A stretch of 59,258 nucleotides of DNA, taken from positions 1-59,258 of the forward strand of contig CAXAVH010000001.1 in assembly GCA_963972105.1 (NCBI GenBank), given 5' to 3'. Shown here piece after piece: positions 37,334 through 45,462 of the stretch (position 1 is its first letter; every line of letters begins with the position of its first letter). The DNA is from an uncultured Flavobacteriaceae bacterium. GTDB lineage: Bacteria; Bacteroidota; Bacteroidia; Flavobacteriales; Flavobacteriaceae. A model generated the notes under the pieces. That model was given only the letters and a program-made list of their open reading frames with translations. It searched no databases and was not told the origin of the DNA. A program made the position numbers and the translations under genes.

Positions 37334-38287
37334 TTATTTAAAAAACGAGTCTACAAACTCGAACTTGTTGAAGACCTGCAAATCTTCTACCCCCTCGCCT
37401 ACACCGATGTATTTGACGGGTATCTGGAATTGGTCACTAATGCCAATTACCACCCCGCCCTTGGCAGTACCGTCCAGTTTGGTAACGGCAAGCGAGGTCA
37501 CCTCTGTGGCCGCGGTAAACTGTTTGGCCTGTTCGAAGGCGTTTTGCCCCGTGGAACCATCCAGCACCAATAGCACCTCGTGTGGCGCATCTGGCACTAC
37601 TTTTTGCATTACGCGCTTCACCTTAGAAAGCTCGTTCATCAGGTTCACCTTATTGTGAAGCCTCCCTGCGGTATCGATCAAGACCACATCGGCATTTTGA
37701 TTTACGGCACTCTGCAGTGTATCGAAGGCCACACTGGCCGGGTCGCTGCCCATACTTTGTTTAATAATGGGCACCTCAGTACGGTCGGCCCAAATTTGAA
37801 GCTGGTCGATGGCGGCCGCACGAAAAGTATCGGCTGCGCCAAGTATCACCTTTTTCCCCGCTTTCTTGAATTGGTAGGCGAGCTTGCCAATGGTCGTGGT
37901 CTTGCCCACGCCGTTCACGCCCACTACCATGATTACGTGGGGCCCCTTCCGCTCGGGAACGGAAAATTCGGTAGCATTGCCAGAATCGACCTCGCTAAGC
38001 AGACCGGCAATTTCTTCGCGAAGGATCTGGTTCAGCTCGTCGGTGCCAATGTACTTGTCGCGCTCTACGCGCGCCTCGATGCGCTCTATTACCTTTAGGG
38101 TGGTATTTACACCCACATCGCTGGTGACCAGCACCTCCTCGAGGTTATCGAGCACGGCATCGTCTACCTTGCTCTTTCCGGCAACGGCCTTGGATAGCTT
38201 GTCGAAGAAAGAGGACTTGGATTTTTCAAGACCCTTGTCGAGGGTTTCCTTTTTTTCCTTGGAGAAGATTTTTTTGAAAAAGCTCAT
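37334..38287 (-). CDS. ftsY: signal recognition particle receptor FtsY
   Basis: 317 aa with the GTPase motifs GVNGVGKTTT, DTAGR and TKLD. Confidence 0.93.
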   Translation of the reverse strand: MSFFKKIFSKEKKETLDKGLEKSKSSFFDKLSKAVAGKSKVDDAVLDNLEEVLVTSDVGVNTTLKVIERIEARVERDKYIGTDELNQILREEIAGLLSEVDSGNATEFSVPERKGPHVIMVVGVNGVGKTTTIGKLAYQFKKAGKKVILGAADTFRAAAIDQLQIWADRTEVPIIKQSMGSDPASVAFDTLQSAVNQNADVVLIDTAGRLHNKVNLMNELSKVKRVMQKVVPDAPHEVLLVLDGSTGQNAFEQAKQFTAATEVTSLAVTKLDGTAKGGVVIGISDQFQIPVKYIGVGEGVEDLQVFNKFEFVDSFFK

Positions 38288-38312
38288 AGTTCACGTTTTG
38301 GTTTCTAGGAAG

Positions 38313-38404
38313 CGGCCCGCTCGGGCCGTGCGTTAGGGATAGCAGCGACAGCCTACCGCCACGCGGTAGCTACAGCGTATAGCCCGGCCCCGCCCAGGGC
38401 GGGG
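38313..38404. other. cluster of three short GC-rich stem-loops in the DUF4295-ftsY spacer
   Basis: The three hairpins are CGGCCC-gctc-GGGCCG (38313-38328), CTACCGC-cac-GCGGTAG (38353-38369) and CCCCGCC-cag-GGCGGGG (38388-38404). The spacer is much more GC-rich than neighbouring spacers. Confidence 0.5.
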
Positions 38405-38412
38405 AAACGCCC

Positions 38413-38448
38413 AAAAATACGAAAAGCCACCTTTGTAAAAAAGTGGCC
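38413..38448 (-). terminator. rho-independent terminator of the rpmB-rpmG-DUF4295 unit
   Basis: On the minus strand GCCACTTT pairs with AAAG(G)GTGGC, followed by TTTTCGTATTTTT. Confidence 0.65.
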
Positions 38449-38471
38449 TCGTTTGCTTTATAGCGAAGGGG

Positions 38472-38624
38472 TTACTTGCTGTTTAACCAATCGCTTACTT
38501 GGTCTGGAGCCATGATGGACTCTACGAAGGTGTAGGCTCCTGTTTTATCTGACTTGACCATCTTGATGGCCTTGGTAAGTCTCTTAGATCCTGTTTGTAA
38601 GGTTGCTACTGATTTCTTTGCCAT
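38472..38624 (-). CDS. DUF4295 family small protein
   Basis: This 50-aa ORF, found by hand, reads MAKKSVATLQTGSKRLTKAIKMVKSDKTGAYTFVESIMAPDQVSDWLNSK. Its sequence and its position directly after rpmG are characteristic of Bacteroidota DUF4295. It is below the ORF-track cutoff. Confidence 0.8.
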   Translation of the reverse strand: MAKKSVATLQTGSKRLTKAIKMVKSDKTGAYTFVESIMAPDQVSDWLNSK

Positions 38625-38631
38625 GACTCGA

Positions 38632-38814
38632 TTATTTTATCTCCTTGTGAACAGTCATCTTTTTAAGGATAGGGTTGAATTTCTTCAACTCTAGACGATC
38701 GGGAGTGTTTTTCTTATTTTTTGTTGTGATATAACGGGAAGTTCCGGGCTTGCCAGTCTCCTTGTGCTCGGTGCACTCTAAGATCACTTGAACTCTGTTA
38801 CCTTTTTTAGCCAT
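38632..38814 (-). CDS. rpmG: 50S ribosomal protein L33
   Basis: 60 aa: [48 protein letters not shown]... Confidence 0.95.
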   Translation of the reverse strand: MAKKGNRVQVILECTEHKETGKPGTSRYITTKNKKNTPDRLELKKFNPILKKMTVHKEIK

Positions 38815-38841
38815 TGTAATAGACTTTATACGTTAGTGCAA

Positions 38842-39081
38842 TTATTTTTTCAAGAAGCCTTTTTCGCGAGCCTCTTTCAAAACTGCGGAAATCCCTTTTT
38901 TGTTGATGTCCTTAATAGCCGAAGCAGACACACGAAGGGTGATCCACTTGTCTTCTTCTGGAATATAAAAACGCTTTTTTAACAAGTTTACGTTAAACTT
39001 GCGCTTTGTTTTGTTCATCGCGTGAGACACGTTGTTACCAACGATAGCTCTCTTTCCGGTAAGCTCACAAACTCTTGACAT
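38842..39081 (-). CDS. rpmB: 50S ribosomal protein L28
   Basis: 79 aa: [33 protein letters not shown]... Confidence 0.95.
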   Translation of the reverse strand: MSRVCELTGKRAIVGNNVSHAMNKTKRKFNVNLLKKRFYIPEEDKWITLRVSASAIKDINKKGISAVLKEAREKGFLKK

Positions 39082-39158
39082 ATCTTACTTCTTAGATAGT
39101 TATTTTAAAACAGGGTGCAAATTTAAATAAATTAAATGGTTTGACCAACAAAAGAATT

Positions 39159-40406
39159 TTAGTTTTTCAAAATTTCTTTCAGCAACATTTCCAGTGCCTT
39201 GTTGGTGGCTTTTTTTATAACCCGCTCGCGAGCATTTCCGAACTGGAATTTTTCCGAAACAACGCCGCTGGGAGTGGCCACGCCAATGAAGACCGTACCC
39301 ACCTCCTGTGTCGCCTCCCCTTGGCTAGGCCCGGCAATGCCGGTAGTGGCCACGGCGTAATCGGTCTGGAACAACGTCTTGGCTTTTTTCGCCATATCGC
39401 GCACCACCGGATCGCTCACCACGGTGTGGTCTTTTATCAACTTCGGCTCGACACCAAGAATATCAATTTTTAAGCCTGTTTGATAGGGCACAATACTGCC
39501 GTGCAAATAGGTTGAAGCCCCAGCCACAGCGGTTAGCTCCTGGACGATGGCCCCACCTGTGCAGCTCTCGGCCAGGCTCAAGGATTGGTTGCGCAGAGAG
39601 AGCAGTCCTGCAATCCTTTCAACGAGGGACGTCTCTTCCTCATACCCAACGGCAATGTCGTCGAGCATTCGGTATAGTTCTGCCATTTTCGCATCGACCT
39701 CCTCCTTGAGTGCCATTTCATCTACACCTTTGGAGGATAGCCTTAGGCGAACCCTGCCCAGCGACGGCAGGTATGCGAGTTTTATGGAATCTGGGAGGGA
39801 ATTTTCCCAGTTTTCGATACGGTCGGCAATAGCGCTTTCCCCAAGGCCGTACGTTAGTAACGTCTTGTGGTAAATATGCGGCCTGTTGAATTTTTTTGTT
39901 ACCCGCGGAAACACTTCCTTCCGAAGGATATGCTTCATCTCGTAGGGCACGCCGGGCATGGAGACAAACACGGTGCCGTCACGTTCAAACCACATACCGG
40001 GTGCGGTACCGTGGGCGTTGTGCAGTACGGTGGCCGAGGCCGGCAGCATGGCCTGTTGCAGGTTGGTGGGCAATGGCTCGCGCTTGATGTACTGTTTGAA
40101 AATTTCCCGAATATGTTGCGTAACGCTGGTATTTTCTACCAAGGTATCTCCAAAGAACTCGCAGAGGGTTTGCTTCGTAATATCATCGCGCGTGGGGCCG
40201 AGCCCGCCGGTCATTAATACTAAATCTACACGGTTTTTGGCATCGTTCAGGGCCGAAAGGATATGCTCGCGACTATCTTGAATGGAGGTGATTTGGTAAA
40301 CCTGAATGCCAATCTTGTTAAGCGCCTTGCTGATGTAGGCAGAGTTGGTGTCGACAATTTGGCCAATTAATATCTCATCGCCTATGGTAATTATCTCCGC
40401 AAGCAT
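39159..40406 (-). CDS. cinA: competence/damage-inducible protein CinA (MoCF-binding domain plus nicotinamide-nucleotide amidase domain)
   Basis: 415 aa with MLAEIITIGDEILIGQIVDTNSAYIS...TGGLGPTRDD...ESCTGG. Confidence 0.9.
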   Translation of the reverse strand: MLAEIITIGDEILIGQIVDTNSAYISKALNKIGIQVYQITSIQDSREHILSALNDAKNRVDLVLMTGGLGPTRDDITKQTLCEFFGDTLVENTSVTQHIREIFKQYIKREPLPTNLQQAMLPASATVLHNAHGTAPGMWFERDGTVFVSMPGVPYEMKHILRKEVFPRVTKKFNRPHIYHKTLLTYGLGESAIADRIENWENSLPDSIKLAYLPSLGRVRLRLSSKGVDEMALKEEVDAKMAELYRMLDDIAVGYEEETSLVERIAGLLSLRNQSLSLAESCTGGAIVQELTAVAGASTYLHGSIVPYQTGLKIDILGVEPKLIKDHTVVSDPVVRDMAKKAKTLFQTDYAVATTGIAGPSQGEATQEVGTVFIGVATPSGVVSEKFQFGNARERVIKKATNKALEMLLKEILKN

Positions 40407-40747
40407 TACAATTTAAAATCTTCTTGCAGCTCTTCGAAAACCTGCGTCACGGTTGTCACCACCTTGGCCAAATTATCGGCAATAACGTCAGGGCTCTTGG
40501 AGGTCTTCGACCATGATTCGATAGCCGAGATATCTTTCGCCACGGCAACCCCAAACATCTCGAGGTTGGGCTTCATTTTATGGGCAAACTGGTAGGCTAG
40601 TTCCTTATTGTCGTTTTGTATGGCTTCCTGCATTGCCTGTAGGTCTGGCGGAATTTCCTCTAGGAAGGTCTGTGCCACCACTGCCATAAAATCGTCGTCA
40701 CCACCGGCAACTTCGCGTAAACTCTCTATCGAATAATGTTTGCTCAT
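40406..40747 (-). CDS. stand-alone Hpt (histidine phosphotransfer) domain protein
   Basis: 113 aa and all-helical. The Hpt motif is FAHKMKPNLEMFG (phospho-His context H-x-x-K-x-x-x-x-x-x-G). The stop overlaps the cinA ATG (TAATG). Confidence 0.7.
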   Translation of the reverse strand: MSKHYSIESLREVAGGDDDFMAVVAQTFLEEIPPDLQAMQEAIQNDNKELAYQFAHKMKPNLEMFGVAVAKDISAIESWSKTSKSPDVIADNLAKVVTTVTQVFEELQEDFKL

Positions 40748-41359
40748 TTACTTTACTTTTATGGAAAAAACTTCCGTGTTCTCGAGGTACCCTACCAAAA
40801 CATCGTCGGGATGCACCTTGGCGACCCCCGCGGGCGTCCCGGTAAAGATAATATCCCCGATCTTCAATGTGAAATATTTTGAAATATATTCAATCAGCTC
40901 ATCAATTTTCCACAACATCATCGAGGTACTTCCCTCCTGAACTGTGGTGGCGTTTTTTTCCAAGCGAAATGAAATAGCATCCACGTCCTTAAACGTCGAT
41001 TTGGGAAGAAAGTTGCCCACCACTGCCGCGCCGTCGAAGGCCTTGGCTTTTTCCCATGGCAATCCCTTGCTTTTTAGGTCCGATTGCAGGTCGCGCGCGG
41101 TAAAATCGATACCCAGGCCAATCTCGTCATAATATTTATGGGCAAACTTCCTGTCTATATGCTTTCCTATTTTGTTGATCTTGACCAGTACCTCGACCTC
41201 GTGGTGCACTTCCTCTGAAAACTCCGGAATAAAAAAAGGTTGCTTCTTCAGCAAAATGGACGTATCGGGCTTCAGAAACAGCACCGGATGGGTTGGCTTA
41301 TCGTTTTTGAGCTCAGCGATATGCTCGGTATAATTTCGGCCCACGCAGATAATCTTCAT
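40748..41359 (-). CDS. fumarylacetoacetate hydrolase (FAH) family protein
   Basis: 203 aa with MKIICVGRNYTEHIAEL...PVLFLKP...GDIIFTGTPAGV. Confidence 0.88.
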   Translation of the reverse strand: MKIICVGRNYTEHIAELKNDKPTHPVLFLKPDTSILLKKQPFFIPEFSEEVHHEVEVLVKINKIGKHIDRKFAHKYYDEIGLGIDFTARDLQSDLKSKGLPWEKAKAFDGAAVVGNFLPKSTFKDVDAISFRLEKNATTVQEGSTSMMLWKIDELIEYISKYFTLKIGDIIFTGTPAGVAKVHPDDVLVGYLENTEVFSIKVK

Positions 41360-41385
41360 AGCGTTACTGGTTTAAATTTCGAAAA

Positions 41386-42159
41386 TTATTGCTTGGTATT
41401 GAGCTTGCTTAATTTTATACGGGTAAGCACTTTCTTGGTGTACAACGGAAAATCGGCATTCAAGAGCCAACCAAAATAGCCCGGCTCTGCCTCCATTACT
41501 TCCTCAACGAGTTTCCCCCTGTGCTTTCCGAATCCGAACACTTCCTTCCCCTCCTTGTTGAAATGGATATACCCTGCAAAATCGGCAAACTGCTTGTGGG
41601 CACTGAACTTTGAAAGGTAATCGATATCGTTTTCGAGGTCATCATAATGATCCAATTGCGATTTCAGCACTTCGTAGGTGGCGTTTGTATCGGCTTCGGC
41701 GCTATGGGCATCTACCAAATTCTTGTCGCAATAAAATTTATAGGCCGCCTCGAGGGTGCGCTTTTCCTTTTTGTGGAAAATGGTCTGCACGTCGACGGAA
41801 AGGGCTTTTTTCATATCGAAATCTACCTCAGCACGAAGCAATTCCTCGGCTAGCAGCGGAATATCGAAACGGTTACTATTGTAGCCGCCAAGATCACTAT
41901 CCTTGATTAGATTATACACTTTTTGCGCCAGTTCCTTAAAGGTGGGTTCGCTGGCGACCATTTCATCGGTAATGCCGTATATTGCGGAAACCTTCGGCGG
42001 AATGGGCATTTCGGGATTTACGCGCCACGTATGGCTTTCCTTATTTCCGTTGGGAAAGACCTTCAGAATGGAAATCTCCACGATTCGATCTGTGGCAATA
42101 TTGGTTCCTGTGGTTTCTAAATCGAAAAAACAGATGGGTTTGGTAAGATGTAGTTCCAT
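41386..42159 (-). CDS. DEDDh 3'-5' exonuclease (DnaQ-like) with small C-terminal FGKHRG domain
   Basis: 257 aa with Exo I FFDLETTG, Exo II ...GYNSNRFDIPLL and Exo III HSAEADT. The C-terminal FGFGKHRGKLVEEV...EPGYFGWL domain follows. Confidence 0.85.
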   Translation of the reverse strand: MELHLTKPICFFDLETTGTNIATDRIVEISILKVFPNGNKESHTWRVNPEMPIPPKVSAIYGITDEMVASEPTFKELAQKVYNLIKDSDLGGYNSNRFDIPLLAEELLRAEVDFDMKKALSVDVQTIFHKKEKRTLEAAYKFYCDKNLVDAHSAEADTNATYEVLKSQLDHYDDLENDIDYLSKFSAHKQFADFAGYIHFNKEGKEVFGFGKHRGKLVEEVMEAEPGYFGWLLNADFPLYTKKVLTRIKLSKLNTKQ

Positions 42160-42225
42160 TGCAATTATTTGGAATGTAAAGGTGCCATCAAATCTATTTG
42201 TTCACCGCCACATTCATTCTGAAAA

Positions 42226-43548
42226 TTAAACGTCGCGCTTGGGGTTCCAACCTTCTAGGTAATCGGCCACCCGCTTGACAAATTGACCCCCCAGGGCACC
42301 ATTCACGACCCTGTGGTCGTAACTGTGCGAGAGAAACATTTTATAGCGAATGCCTATGAAATCTCCATCGGGCGTTTCGATAACTGCGGGCACCTTACGG
42401 ATTGCGCCCAATGCTAGGATACCTACCTGTGGTTGGTTTATAATGGGTGTGCCCATAATGCTCCCGAAGGTACCAACGTTGGTAACGGTATAAGTGCCCC
42501 CTTGTATTTCATCGGGCTTCAATTTATTTTCGCGGGCACGGCCTGCGAGGTCGTTCACCGCTTTGCTCATACCCACGAGGTTCAACTGATCGGCATTTTT
42601 TATAACGGGCACGATCAAGTTGCCGTCGGGCAAGGCGGCGGCCATTCCCAAATTAATATTCTTGCGCTTGATAATTCGATCGCCATCTACCGAGATGTTC
42701 ATCATTGGAAAATCTTTCAGGGCCTTTGCCACCGCTTCCATGAAGATGGGCGTAAATGTCAGTTTTTCTCCCTCGCGCTTCTCGAACTCGTTCTTTACCT
42801 TGTTGCGCCAGTTCCAGATATTGGTTACATCGGCCTCGATAAACGACTGTACGTGGGCAGCGGTTTGGGTGCTTTCAACCATGTGGTGGGCAATGAGCTT
42901 GCCCATGCGGGTCATTTCGATTATTTCGTCCTCGCCCCCTACACTAAGTGGAGCCTTCGGTTTTGGTGCCGCGGCCGCCTTGGCGGTTTCCGGGTTCTTG
43001 GCGCCTTCGGCAGTCTTGGGCTGTGCAGCCCCCTTGCCCCTAGAGGATACGAATTCCAGGATATCGTTCTTGGTCACTCGGCCATCCTTACCGGTGCCGG
43101 ATATTTTATCCAGTTCGTCTTGTGAAATTCCTTCTTGCTTTGCGATGCTCTTCACCAAGGGTGAATAGAACCTATCGTCATTACTTTCGATGGCAGGTTG
43201 GGTTGCTTCCTGGGCAGCAGTAACTTTATCGGCTACGGCAGCCACAACTTCCGGCTGCGGAGTGTCCCCGTCTATGTTTGTCGATGGTTGTGAACTATCG
43301 CCGCTACCTTCGGTTTCAATTATGGCAATTGTCTGACCCACCTGTACGACATCATCTGCGTCAAATAATTTTTCCACTAAAACACCATCTACCTCACTGG
43401 GCACCTCACTGTCTACCTTGTCGGTGGCAATCTCCAGCACCGCCTCATCGGCCTCGATGCTATCGCCTACTTCCTTGAGCCAGTTGGTAACGGTTGCCTC
43501 GGCAACGCTTTCTCCCATTTTTGGTAATTTCAATTCAAATCTTGCCAT
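42226..43548 (-). CDS. 2-oxo acid dehydrogenase E2 component (dihydrolipoamide acyltransferase)
   Basis: It has a lipoyl domain (MARFELKLPKMGESVAEATVTNWLK...LEIATDKV), an Ala/Pro linker, a subunit-binding domain and the catalytic motif SHSYDHRVVNG. The start is trimmed to the ATG at 43548. The ORF-track start at 43668 would overlap the upstream GT2 gene. Confidence 0.9.
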   Translation of the reverse strand: MARFELKLPKMGESVAEATVTNWLKEVGDSIEADEAVLEIATDKVDSEVPSEVDGVLVEKLFDADDVVQVGQTIAIIETEGSGDSSQPSTNIDGDTPQPEVVAAVADKVTAAQEATQPAIESNDDRFYSPLVKSIAKQEGISQDELDKISGTGKDGRVTKNDILEFVSSRGKGAAQPKTAEGAKNPETAKAAAAPKPKAPLSVGGEDEIIEMTRMGKLIAHHMVESTQTAAHVQSFIEADVTNIWNWRNKVKNEFEKREGEKLTFTPIFMEAVAKALKDFPMMNISVDGDRIIKRKNINLGMAAALPDGNLIVPVIKNADQLNLVGMSKAVNDLAGRARENKLKPDEIQGGTYTVTNVGTFGSIMGTPIINQPQVGILALGAIRKVPAVIETPDGDFIGIRYKMFLSHSYDHRVVNGALGGQFVKRVADYLEGWNPKRDV

Positions 43549-43627
43549 AACGTATGTTACAAAAGGTTTTTTAGGTTTAGTGGGTGCAAAATTACTTAAA
43601 TTTTCTGCTAATCTTGTTTCAAATATC

Positions 43628-44749
43628 TTAAAATACGAGCACGGCCCCCTTGTCGTCGCTGCGGTCACTGCCCACCATAAAGTTGCAGCCCGGCGGACAA
43701 ATTCGGAAGGTATTTCCTTGGTTCTTAAAACTTTCCATCACTTTAAGTATCTGGGAATAACTCATGTACGCCGCGTCGAAAATGAGCATTTTGTTGCTAA
43801 TATACTCTTCGGAAAGTTTCGATTTAGACATTGTCGTAACCGGAATGTGCAAATGCTCCGAAATATTTCGGAGTACATTCAAATTTTCTGTAAATACAAT
43901 CGCCTCGGTGGGCTGGACGTTAGAGGACCGGCCCCGGTTGCCACGTGCCTTGCGTGATTTTTTGGCCACCGAAACCCCGACATCCACCAAGGTGTTGAAC
44001 AGCCTATTTGTGTGGAAGTGTTTGTGGTAGAAGATTTTCATGGCGCCGAAAAATCGATCGTAATACGCCCCGTCCTTCTGGGTGCTCTCCCCTTTGTAGT
44101 GCAATATTCTCGCCTCGCCAAGATAATGGTTTTGGTAACCGGCTTGGGTAATTTTATACGACAGGTCGATATCCTCGCCGTACATAAAATAGTCTTCATC
44201 GAAACCACCCACCTCGAGGTACACCGATCGCTTCATAAGCATAAAGGCACCCGCCAAAACGGGCACCGGACTTTTTTCCCGCTCTTTCACTTGGGTTGCA
44301 TAATATTTTTTGGTAAACCCGGTCAGCTTTAATACCGATGCTGAAGGGGTGGGGACGTTTCGCTTGCATTCCGGAAGGAAATTTCCCGTTCCATCAACAT
44401 ACCGTACGCCCAGTGAACCGATTTTGGGTGTCTCCTCGAAGTATTGTAGGGCCCGGGAAAACGTATCCTCCGGCACTGCGGTGTCGGGGTTCAATATGCA
44501 GACATACGTACCCGTGGCCACCGCAACTCCCTGGTTGTTCGCCCTGCTAAAACCTACGTTCTCCTTATTTTCGATTAGGGTCACTTCCGGAAAATAGGCG
44601 CGCACCATTTCACAGCTCTCGTCAGTAGATTGATTATCCACCACGATAATTTCGGAATCGATATGCGAGGTTGCCCGCTGCACACTCAAGAGGCACTGTT
44701 CGAGGAAATAGCGAACGTTGTAGTTTACAATTATTAAAGAAAGTTTCAC
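43628..44749 (-). CDS. family 2 glycosyltransferase
   Basis: 373 aa with MKLSLIIVNYNVRYFLEQCLLSV...VVDNQSTD...LNPD (GT-A, DxD-like). Confidence 0.85.
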   Translation of the reverse strand: MKLSLIIVNYNVRYFLEQCLLSVQRATSHIDSEIIVVDNQSTDESCEMVRAYFPEVTLIENKENVGFSRANNQGVAVATGTYVCILNPDTAVPEDTFSRALQYFEETPKIGSLGVRYVDGTGNFLPECKRNVPTPSASVLKLTGFTKKYYATQVKEREKSPVPVLAGAFMLMKRSVYLEVGGFDEDYFMYGEDIDLSYKITQAGYQNHYLGEARILHYKGESTQKDGAYYDRFFGAMKIFYHKHFHTNRLFNTLVDVGVSVAKKSRKARGNRGRSSNVQPTEAIVFTENLNVLRNISEHLHIPVTTMSKSKLSEEYISNKMLIFDAAYMSYSQILKVMESFKNQGNTFRICPPGCNFMVGSDRSDDKGAVLVF

Positions 44750-44752
44750 GGG

Positions 44753-45373
44753 CTAGGAGCTTTTTAACGAAGACTCGAACGGTATGCGGTTAATTATGCT
44801 GCGGCCCAAGGTAACCTCATCGGCATACTCAAGCTCATCTCCTACCGATATTCCCCTCGCTATGGTCGTGGTTTTTATCTGGAAGGGTTCAATCTGCTTG
44901 TAAATATAAAAGTTGGTGGTATCGCCTTCCATCGTACTGCTGAGCGCGAAGATAAGCTCCTGGACTACGCCCAGCTTCACCTTTTCCACGAGACTTGGTA
45001 TCGTGAGATCGCTGGGCCCCACGCCATCCATGGGCGAAATTTTTCCGCCCAATACGTGATAATGGCCCTTGAACTGGCTGGTATTTTCGATTGCCATCAC
45101 ATCGCGAATGTCCTCTACCACGCACACCAAGCTCTCATCCCGACGCGAGCTTGCGCAAATCTCGCATAGCCGTACGTCGGAAATGTTATGGCAATTCGTG
45201 CAGAATTTAACCTCATCGCGCACGCTCCGCAGGCTATCGGCAAGTTTGTGGATGTTCTCTGAAGGCTGTTTCAGCATATGCAACACGAGCCGAAGTGCGG
45301 TACGCTTGCCAATGCCCGGCAATTGTGACATTTCATTCACGGCATTTTCCAATAATTTCGACGAAAAATCCAT
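44753..45373 (-). CDS. recR: recombination mediator RecR
   Basis: 206 aa from the ATG at 45373: [29 protein letters not shown]..., a C4 zinc finger [16 protein letters not shown], and a Toprim domain. It aligns end to end with canonical RecR proteins of about 200 aa, so the 30-codon N-terminal extension in the ORF track is rejected. Confidence 0.92.
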   Translation of the reverse strand: MDFSSKLLENAVNEMSQLPGIGKRTALRLVLHMLKQPSENIHKLADSLRSVRDEVKFCTNCHNISDVRLCEICASSRRDESLVCVVEDIRDVMAIENTSQFKGHYHVLGGKISPMDGVGPSDLTIPSLVEKVKLGVVQELIFALSSTMEGDTTNFYIYKQIEPFQIKTTTIARGISVGDELEYADEVTLGRSIINRIPFESSLKSS

Positions 45374-45462
45374 AGTTGAAGTTGAGGGCGAAAGATAAAA
45401 AAAATGCTTCAGAAAAAAGCCGACTTTCTTCTGAAGCAGTGGTTCCGCAAAACTGAGTTGCA

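Noticed and set aside
38300-38410. The GC-rich structured spacer next to ftsY might be the SRP (4.5S) RNA gene.
   Set aside because: I could not find the conserved domain IV features (a GNRA-capped helix with the GGAAGCAGCC-type symmetric-loop sequence). The hairpins are too short and too independent. It is kept only as an unexplained hairpin cluster.
43549-43668. N-terminal extensions suggested by the ORF track for several genes. These are E2 (43668), recR (45463), the TetR gene (56335), the 5'-nucleotidase (9856), M14 paralog 1 (19165, TTG), guaA (26516, TTG), bshC (28234, TTG) and the BNR protein (35962, GTG).
   Set aside because: In each case an internal ATG gives the family-typical N-terminus: a lipoyl-domain start, the RecR alignment, a lipobox or a signal peptide. 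It also removes an implausible overlap with the upstream gene or avoids reliance on a rare start codon.
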